DNA from: a virus
DNA: 64,000 bases
IMG/VR virus record: IMGVR_UViG_3300045988_108506
Coordinates: 1-64,000 of that record
Reading direction: 5' to 3' (one strand)
This document shows positions 57,245 to 64,000 of the stretch, piece after piece. How positions within the stretch are numbered: the first letter of the stretch is position 1; each line of letters begins with the position of its first letter. The notes under the pieces were generated by a model. It ran no database searches, had not been told where the DNA came from, and saw nothing but the letters and a program-made list of their open reading frames with translations. Both the position numbers and the translations under genes were made by a program.

Positions 57245-60181
57245 TTATTCCCTATTTACACTATTCAACAACTTCATCAACTTGCCGTTTTTATTCAAAG
57301 ACGTAGGTAAATCACCCCTTTCTTTTGCCGCCACCATATCCTTAATCTCTTCTGTTATGGCTGCCACAACAAAATCAACTATTTTTTTCTGAGGCGCAAC
57401 AGCAAGTTCTTTAGACACATTATCCGCAAACCATACATTAGGAGTATCAAACGAATCTATTAACTCAGGTTTACCATTCTCCATAAGATAAAGCCTTGTC
57501 TCATATCCATAACCGTAACTTGTCTTAGGATCATAACCTTCAACCTTTACACCAAGCTTTCCACTGTTATCCAATATATCTTTAGCTGCATTAAGAAGCC
57601 AAACCTTTTGTTCTGGCATATCATCTAAATTATTACCAGATTCATTTATCATATCTGATAACACTTTCATCATTGAAGATACAGAAGCATAAGCGGGTGA
57701 TATATCTGAATTTTCAAGCATCTTCGGATACCACATATTGGTATCACTTCCAAATGTAGGTCTTATAATACCACTTTCATATCCACCTATATCGACGGAA
57801 GGAGTATTAATACCAGGATCTATGCCATTATTTATCAACTCTGTTTCAGATACCTCAACAATATCTATTTCCTCTCTTTCACCAGTATGATTAGCAACCA
57901 AACTGTAAGTCTTCTCTCCATTGTCGGCTATTCCCGATTCTGTCAAAGAAAATGATTCAATAGTTGCCGATGATGATTTAGATTTACCAACAGGATGCTC
58001 TGCCATTTTTTTAGTAAATAGATCCCTGAGAACACCCATCTCTCTATAACCAGCCTCCTTGGAGGTTAATTTGGTTGAATACGTTACTGTGTTAGGTGAA
58101 TACAGTTCGAGATATTCTTTACGTATCTCATTTATACCATCATCTTGAACCTTAGTTATTTGATTGGCTATATTAATATCGCTTACTACATCACCTCCAA
58201 CGCTCTCCATTCCGCTAATAGAATACAGTGTATTAAAAAACACCTTTTCTTCACCATCCGAGAAACTATTTTTTACATCATCGTATTTTTTTAAGAAATA
58301 CCTGCCACTTTTGCTATCCCTCTCAAATACTTTAGATAAATCAATGCCATCATTTTTCACCCTCTTTCTTATAGTAGCTATATCAGCAGGCGAGAATCCT
58401 TTTCCATAATATCTTACTCCAGATTCTACATCGCCGACTGTACCTCTATTTTTTCTTAAAATATCATTAAGGGATAACGCTGTAGCATAGGCTATATATT
58501 CTTCGGGTTTACCTCCTTCCTTCTGCGCGATCGCATTTGCTATTTCAGATACAATATTATCATAAATCTTATTCTCCTTCTTAATTCTATCATTCTCTAT
58601 ATCCATCTTGTCTACAGCGCTATTAAGCTGCATATAAGCATCTGTGGCAGCTTTTCTCTCTGCCACAGGTAGCTTGTCAAACATATCATTAGAGAGACCT
58701 CCATTGTCCTTTATATACTTAAGAAGTTTTTCTTCATCCATAAGATACTTGTATCCTGATGTTTCATCCGTCATATTTCTTGATATGGCAGCTTGAATAT
58801 TTTTCATGTTTTCAGCACCAAGGGCTGTAGATAGTCTACTTCCGGATGTTACAAGATCTGTATATGCCTTATTAAACTTCTTATGAGTTTCTTCTGATAT
58901 GCTAATATTTTTAGTTTCAATAGGATTAGCTGAAATAGTTCCACCAGAGTTTGTGCCAACGCCCACCTGCATGGCTCGGCTTCCAGCTCTGCCGCCTGCC
59001 GCTCCTGCACCAGAGGACATAAGTTTTGCTATTCTGGCTTCATCCTTATTCTTACCATATTCAAATTCTATCTTCCATTTTTCGAAATTCAAATTAGCTA
59101 ATCTTTCCCTCTGATTATATTCTTTGGTTTTCCAGTAAAGCTCGTCGGCTTTGATTATGAAAGACAAATTATCATAAGCATATGAAGCAGCAGCATTATT
59201 AATAAAATTATTTTCAATAACCTTCATCGCTACAAGATACGGATCGTAAGCCCTTTCATCCATTCTGCTAAATTCAGATTTCATGGAAGCTATTTCAGAT
59301 TTGGCTCTCTTTATTTCATTTTCAACCATTTCTTTCTTTGCAGGATCAGAACCCAAACCGGAAAGATCGGCAGTAAGAGCATCAACATACCTCTGCTTAT
59401 CACTTATCTGCTTATTCATAAAACCAAGAACAGAATCATACGAATATAAAGAGGGATTAGAGTCTACCATGTAAATAGCCTCCACCTGCATCTGCTGCCT
59501 TGCTTTATCTGATAACCCTGACAATGCAAAAGAAGCTATCTGTTCAGGAGTAAGCATATCCTTAGTTACTTCTTGTACTGCCCCGGTAGGATGACCATCC
59601 TTGTCAAGAATAGGAATCTGAACTTTAGCTCCTTTATGAAGCTTGCTTATAAAATCTATCCTATCTTTTAATTCCTTATTATAATCAGTATAAGGAGTAT
59701 ATTGAAGAGGAGCAAGACGGGAACCAGCCTTTCCATCATTCACCCATTCATTATACGGCTTTAAAGCCGCATAAGCATTCGCAGCAGAATAAAGTTCTGG
59801 ATTATTTATTTGTAAATCAGATAGCATTTTATGCATTCTCCTGCCTTCTTTTGTGCCGGCAATCGCGTTAATGACCGTATCATCCAACACCGAACTGATC
59901 TCTCCTTGTATGGCTCTCGTAACACCATCAGAAGAAAGATCCACGCCTTTGAATTTTTGATTGATGTTAGCAATCACACCTGACATCTTATCTTCCATAT
60001 AAGCGCGGGCTTCAGGCTTATCTATCTCTTGACCCATAAGATAATCTACCTGGGTATAGATCTTTTCACGAGCAGCATCAACCTTCTGCTGTTTGTACAT
60101 CATGACGTCCTTAACAAGATCTATGTTGTAAGGACTAACATACGGGGCATATTGCCTTAAAATACTATATTGTGAAGCCAT
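57245..60181 (-). CDS. large structural-candidate protein (978 aa); function unknown
   Basis: Uninterrupted ORF. Stop is 4 nt from the downstream giant gene start (operon). Confidence 0.8.
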   Translation of the reverse strand: MASQYSILRQYAPYVSPYNIDLVKDVMMYKQQKVDAAREKIYTQVDYLMGQEIDKPEARAYMEDKMSGVIANINQKFKGVDLSSDGVTRAIQGEISSVLDDTVINAIAGTKEGRRMHKMLSDLQINNPELYSAANAYAALKPYNEWVNDGKAGSRLAPLQYTPYTDYNKELKDRIDFISKLHKGAKVQIPILDKDGHPTGAVQEVTKDMLTPEQIASFALSGLSDKARQQMQVEAIYMVDSNPSLYSYDSVLGFMNKQISDKQRYVDALTADLSGLGSDPAKKEMVENEIKRAKSEIASMKSEFSRMDERAYDPYLVAMKVIENNFINNAAASYAYDNLSFIIKADELYWKTKEYNQRERLANLNFEKWKIEFEYGKNKDEARIAKLMSSGAGAAGGRAGSRAMQVGVGTNSGGTISANPIETKNISISEETHKKFNKAYTDLVTSGSRLSTALGAENMKNIQAAISRNMTDETSGYKYLMDEEKLLKYIKDNGGLSNDMFDKLPVAERKAATDAYMQLNSAVDKMDIENDRIKKENKIYDNIVSEIANAIAQKEGGKPEEYIAYATALSLNDILRKNRGTVGDVESGVRYYGKGFSPADIATIRKRVKNDGIDLSKVFERDSKSGRYFLKKYDDVKNSFSDGEEKVFFNTLYSISGMESVGGDVVSDINIANQITKVQDDGINEIRKEYLELYSPNTVTYSTKLTSKEAGYREMGVLRDLFTKKMAEHPVGKSKSSSATIESFSLTESGIADNGEKTYSLVANHTGEREEIDIVEVSETELINNGIDPGINTPSVDIGGYESGIIRPTFGSDTNMWYPKMLENSDISPAYASVSSMMKVLSDMINESGNNLDDMPEQKVWLLNAAKDILDNSGKLGVKVEGYDPKTSYGYGYETRLYLMENGKPELIDSFDTPNVWFADNVSKELAVAPQKKIVDFVVAAITEEIKDMVAAKERGDLPTSLNKNGKLMKLLNSVNRE

Positions 60182-63048
60182 CAGCTATTTCTCCTTCTCT
60201 TTTTATATTTATCTTCTTCATCATCCTCCAAGCTCTTCAAATAAGGTGTAGAATAATCACCCATATTCATCACATCCTGATTGCCTTGAACGTAAATAAT
60301 TTGACCACTTGGAAGCATTCTCATATTCGGGGCTATGGAAGCTATGGTATTCAACGATGTACGAACATTAAACTTATTCTGTATCTCGCTGTTTATACTA
60401 TCATAATAACGAGCAAGATTTTCATCCCTTATAGCCATAGCTTTCAACAACCCAGATTCATAACGTTGCCTTTCTGCTATGTTCTTATCATCTGTCTGAA
60501 CATAAGCCATTTCATTAAACCTATCAGCTTCGTTTATTTGCCTTGCGTTATTGAAATTTACTTCATTAACATACTTGGCTATATTGCTTCCAGCTATGGC
60601 GTTCATATTAGCCAGAATAGCAGCCCGCTGGGAGTCGGGCACGTCACCTGCTGCGTCTAACTGAGCCGATGTCGCACGGTTGAGCTCGTTGATATACTGA
60701 TCAGCAGATTGAAGAACCGGGTCTATTCTCGGAGCCTGATGTCTTTCCAGGCCTTCTATCTCCAAGCCAGTGTCAAGGGTTCTTAGCATTTCCGGGAAGA
60801 TAGGACCGAACGCCGCCGGTCTGCCCTGTCCTTTAGGTCCGTTGTCTTCAACCACCTCCTCTGTATCGGTGTCGGTTGCAGTCGCAGGCGTACTTGCTTT
60901 CGGTTTTACCTCTATCCTTCCAGGAGATCCAATCTTAGGCGGTGTAAGGTCTGGTGCTATGGGACCGGCCTCAATAGGCTTCATTTCTGGTTTAACAGAC
61001 TCAAGAACGAAGTCTATTTCCGGCATTAACCCACTATCTCTTAAAGCAACAAACTTATTATAATCGGAGCCCAGAATCTTCTTAGCGGCATCAGATTTAT
61101 CACCAAATAAGTCAACATAATTCTTTATCCCTTTTTCGTTTAACAATCTTTTTTGCTCTGCCGAAACAACGTCCAATCCATAATAAGAACGGGTGGCTGT
61201 TGTCTGACCAAACTTATCATCTACGGCAAATGAATTATAAGCCTGATTACCTCCGTAGCTTCCGGCATCCTGGCCCCAGAATCCGTACTCATCTCTGAAT
61301 TTCTTGGCTGCATCAGCATTCGTGATAGCACCTACATCAGCTAACGCCCACAATGCATTTAATTGCCTGTTGTATCCTTTCTGGAAACCTTCTGTATCAA
61401 AATCACCATCCGTATTGTACTTGTTAGCCCATCGGTTTATGTCGAGCAAATTAGATACCGCCTTATCATTTACCCTGCCGTATCCTAAATTGCTTCTATG
61501 TTGGAGATTCTGGTTGGCATTGACACTGGAATCAGGATTAAGAATCTGCTCACGACCACTAACATCAGATACAGTCATATTAAGAGTTCGTCCAAATAAC
61601 TGATTGATAAGCTTATTGTAGCCGATAGCATTCTTTCTAAGTTCCTCCAGCTCCTTCTGAGTAGGTCCACCTTCAGCCATTTTCCTGGTTTGCTTAACAT
61701 ACTCGTCATATATCCAGTTCTTAGCATCTGATTCTGCAATATTAAAAGCCTTAGCTTGTTTCTTTACCTGATTCAGATCAACAACCCCGCCATCCCTGAA
61801 AAAAGCATCCATCTTCTCGTTACGCTTAGATTCTTCCTGTTTGCCATAAACGATTTCAGCGAAAGAACGAAATTGTGCTTCAAGCTCGTCTATCTCTTTC
61901 TGGTTTTCATTGACGTACTTGGAAAGAATAGAAGCATTAAGATTAGATGTGTTTTTGTCTTTTACATCTTCATTTTTCTCTAATCTCTTATATACACGCT
62001 CCTGATCTTCGTACTTATCAGACAAACCAATCTTCTTCTTATATCGATCAAGGAGTGTAGCATACGTATCTTTTGACGTTGCCTTAATACCATAATTTTC
62101 TCTAACGTAAGAGGCAAACTCATCATCTATCTTACGATAATCGGAAACAATATAAGCCTCTGGCAAATCAACCGGAGTGCCACCATTTTCATGTCTGTTC
62201 CCTTTGGCTTCCATAGGCCCTACGGAGTCAGGAGTCAGCACGTACTCGCCTTTCTCTATCTCTACATTCGCAGCATCTTCCATAGACTTGGGAAGAGGAT
62301 AAATATATTCGCCGGTCATATCAGACGTATCCATCTTCTGACCGTTACCTAAATTCACGCCACCACCTTCACGTTCCCACTTGATGAATTGCTGACGACG
62401 CTCCTTGGCAAGTTTTTCCCTCGCTGCCTGCTCGTCTCTGCTGGCTGCATACGCAGCAGATGAAGCTCCCATGATATTACGGGTAAGACCTAATCCTAAA
62501 CTAACACCAGACAAGGCAGCTTGAGCCACATTAGCACCGACCTTATTACCGGCTCTTATCCGGCCAAGACTTGTACCGAACATTTGAGCTCTGCCGGTTA
62601 GATCGGGTGAATAATATGGGGTAGTCATAGGATCAAGAGGATTACCATCTTGGGAACGTTTTTCTTTAGAGGAATCAGCATCAACACCACCTACATTCAT
62701 TGCATTATCAACGACTGATTTCTCTACGTTTTTAACCATACCCCTATTATCAGCGAGATATCCTGCATATCCTGCATATCCTGCATCATTGTTTTCAAAA
62801 AACGGATCGGATGTAGGCATACTACTAAATGGATTTATCTCCCCCTCCTCTGTTTCTAAAATCACATCAGAAGGCATATATATATTCTGAATATCAGATT
62901 CACCCCATTTATTAACAGGCGTTCCATAATCAAGAATAGGCTGAGTAGAGGATACATTAATATCCTGTTTCTTATCCTGAACACTACCGCCAGGAGCGAA
63001 TATCGGACGATTTTTTATGATTCGTAATTTCATACTATCTTTTTTCAC
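60181..63048 (-). CDS. large structural-candidate protein (955 aa) containing an AGYAGYAGY repeat and a basic C-terminus
   Basis: Uninterrupted ORF. 9-bp tandem repeat at 62758-62784. Confidence 0.8.
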   Translation of the reverse strand: MKKDSMKLRIIKNRPIFAPGGSVQDKKQDINVSSTQPILDYGTPVNKWGESDIQNIYMPSDVILETEEGEINPFSSMPTSDPFFENNDAGYAGYAGYLADNRGMVKNVEKSVVDNAMNVGGVDADSSKEKRSQDGNPLDPMTTPYYSPDLTGRAQMFGTSLGRIRAGNKVGANVAQAALSGVSLGLGLTRNIMGASSAAYAASRDEQAAREKLAKERRQQFIKWEREGGGVNLGNGQKMDTSDMTGEYIYPLPKSMEDAANVEIEKGEYVLTPDSVGPMEAKGNRHENGGTPVDLPEAYIVSDYRKIDDEFASYVRENYGIKATSKDTYATLLDRYKKKIGLSDKYEDQERVYKRLEKNEDVKDKNTSNLNASILSKYVNENQKEIDELEAQFRSFAEIVYGKQEESKRNEKMDAFFRDGGVVDLNQVKKQAKAFNIAESDAKNWIYDEYVKQTRKMAEGGPTQKELEELRKNAIGYNKLINQLFGRTLNMTVSDVSGREQILNPDSSVNANQNLQHRSNLGYGRVNDKAVSNLLDINRWANKYNTDGDFDTEGFQKGYNRQLNALWALADVGAITNADAAKKFRDEYGFWGQDAGSYGGNQAYNSFAVDDKFGQTTATRSYYGLDVVSAEQKRLLNEKGIKNYVDLFGDKSDAAKKILGSDYNKFVALRDSGLMPEIDFVLESVKPEMKPIEAGPIAPDLTPPKIGSPGRIEVKPKASTPATATDTDTEEVVEDNGPKGQGRPAAFGPIFPEMLRTLDTGLEIEGLERHQAPRIDPVLQSADQYINELNRATSAQLDAAGDVPDSQRAAILANMNAIAGSNIAKYVNEVNFNNARQINEADRFNEMAYVQTDDKNIAERQRYESGLLKAMAIRDENLARYYDSINSEIQNKFNVRTSLNTIASIAPNMRMLPSGQIIYVQGNQDVMNMGDYSTPYLKSLEDDEEDKYKKRRRNS

Positions 63049-63101
63049 AAAGATAAGAGAAACGAACGAGAAAATCCAACGTTATGGGATACGTTTAAAA
63101 A

Positions 63102-63965
63102 TCAATCATGTACGGCAGACAAACCGCCCGAATCAGGGTCGTACTTAAGACCGCATGCCCGGCGATAGTTCTTAAGCGCTCTCTTGTACAAAAACAGCAC
63201 TGTCTTGGAAACTATTTTCTTCATAGATTTGGTTAAAACCTCTTCTGTTGAAACAGACATCAGACAGCTATTCAAAAACGACCTGACATTGGAACCGAAC
63301 AAGATCTTCACCATTTTTCTAAACGTTCTAAAAAGATATGATGCAGAAAGAGACTTTAACCCATTGCGAACCAGTCTCTTATTCAAATACGAAACAGCCT
63401 TTTCAGATAGACAGAGCCTATTCTTTCCTTCGCTATCTACCTCTGATGAAAACCACGAATATAAAGTGGTAGGATGTTTCTTAAGGTGATTGATGAAGGA
63501 AGTCATTATCCCTTCTTTTAAAGCCCTTTTGTGGGCTACGCATGCAGCAATCTTCTCTTCTCTTTTTAAAGAGCTGTCAAGGCATCTAAACACCGTCCTA
63601 TCGTCTCCGATGAAATACTGAGGACGTTCTTCCTTGAACTTAGCCCGATAAGCGGCATATCCTTCCTTACGAAGCATATCTATCTGAGACCGGATATAGA
63701 ACCTTACACACTTTTCTTCAGCCTCTTGCACGCTTTTAAGATAAGGAACTGACTTTCTCCCATATCGAAGATAATCATAAACCATAGCCTCAATAAAGTC
63801 ATTGTACGGAAAGAATCTTCCAAATCCAAAGTTCCAAACTATGAAACATCGCACTCTATCTTTCCAGTAATCAGATATGAGAAAATTACTACAATATCTC
63901 AACTTCCTGTTTTTCTGATAGAAATGATGAGTATGTTTGTCATAAAATAGATTAAAATATCTCAA
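63102..63965 (-). CDS. His/Cys-containing basic protein (287 aa), first gene of the leftward late block; start lies about 35 nt from the window edge
   Basis: Six-frame ORF. Contains HTHHF and YxxK-like motifs of uncertain meaning. Confidence 0.55.
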   Translation of the reverse strand: MRYFNLFYDKHTHHFYQKNRKLRYCSNFLISDYWKDRVRCFIVWNFGFGRFFPYNDFIEAMVYDYLRYGRKSVPYLKSVQEAEEKCVRFYIRSQIDMLRKEGYAAYRAKFKEERPQYFIGDDRTVFRCLDSSLKREEKIAACVAHKRALKEGIMTSFINHLKKHPTTLYSWFSSEVDSEGKNRLCLSEKAVSYLNKRLVRNGLKSLSASYLFRTFRKMVKILFGSNVRSFLNSCLMSVSTEEVLTKSMKKIVSKTVLFLYKRALKNYRRACGLKYDPDSGGLSAVHD

Positions 63966-64000
63966 ATTGCCTAAACACTGACCGGCTGGACGGCGTACTA

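Noticed and set aside
35339-63048. crAss-type virion RNA polymerase subunits (DxDGD DPBB motif) in the four giant proteins
   Set aside because: Reading all four translations found no DFDGD or NADFDGD-type motif. The closest strings (YDADGNE, TDGDFD, EDGDKKGDGEG) lie in non-conserved or low-complexity contexts.
1-64000. Stop-codon reassignment (TAG or TGA recoding), as seen in some crAss-like late genes
   Set aside because: Giant and small ORFs on both strands are intact under the standard code. No late-gene frame is broken by in-frame TAG or TGA clusters.
1-64000. Diversity-generating retroelement, integrase or lysogeny module
   Set aside because: No reverse-transcriptase motifs (YxDD), no tyrosine or serine recombinase signatures and no TR/VR near-repeat pair with adenine-specific differences were recognisable.

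Overview
The window reads as part of a large dsDNA bacteriophage genome, probably a crAss-like or related Bacteroidota podophage. It is AT-rich with dense tiny-gene packing. One Bacteroides-type promoter (TTTG ~20 nt upstream of TAnnTTTG) is evident, and few genes carry a Shine-Dalgarno sequence. Two gene blocks face each other. The left arm, about 530-34320 on the + strand, holds roughly 75 small early or replication genes. The right arm, about 34676-63965 on the - strand, holds four giant ORFs (2140, 2135, 978 and 955 aa) that look virion or structural, plus a small-gene accessory island (42.3-47.4 kb). Supported gene calls, with confidence declining in roughly this order: a DnaB-type replicative helicase, an SF2 DExH helicase, a flotillin (SPFH) protein with an NfeD-like partner, a Cas4/RecB-like PD-(D/E)xK nuclease, a pol-beta-type nucleotidyltransferase with a CCA-enzyme head motif, a zinc-ribbon plus Toprim-like primase candidate, a DUF2829 (Tad2-like) C-terminal domain fusion, and a KilA-N/T5orf172 selfish-like gene inside an AT-rich insertion. 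Non-coding highlights: a 1.4-kb repeat-dense gene-free region (2.05-3.48 kb) containing a tandem array of 10 copies of a 22-23 bp unit (core TTCCAACAAAAT) organised as a duplicated super-repeat, which is iteron-like. There are three tRNA-like elements sharing a perfect T-arm (GGTTCGATTCY) that could not be folded into canonical cloverleaves by eye. A terminus- or origin-like cluster of direct repeats and TGATAATCA/TGATTATCA sites sits at 1-500. No CRISPR array, reverse transcriptase, integrase, terminase or major capsid protein was recognisable here. All functional calls rest on motif-level reading and need HMM or structure searches.
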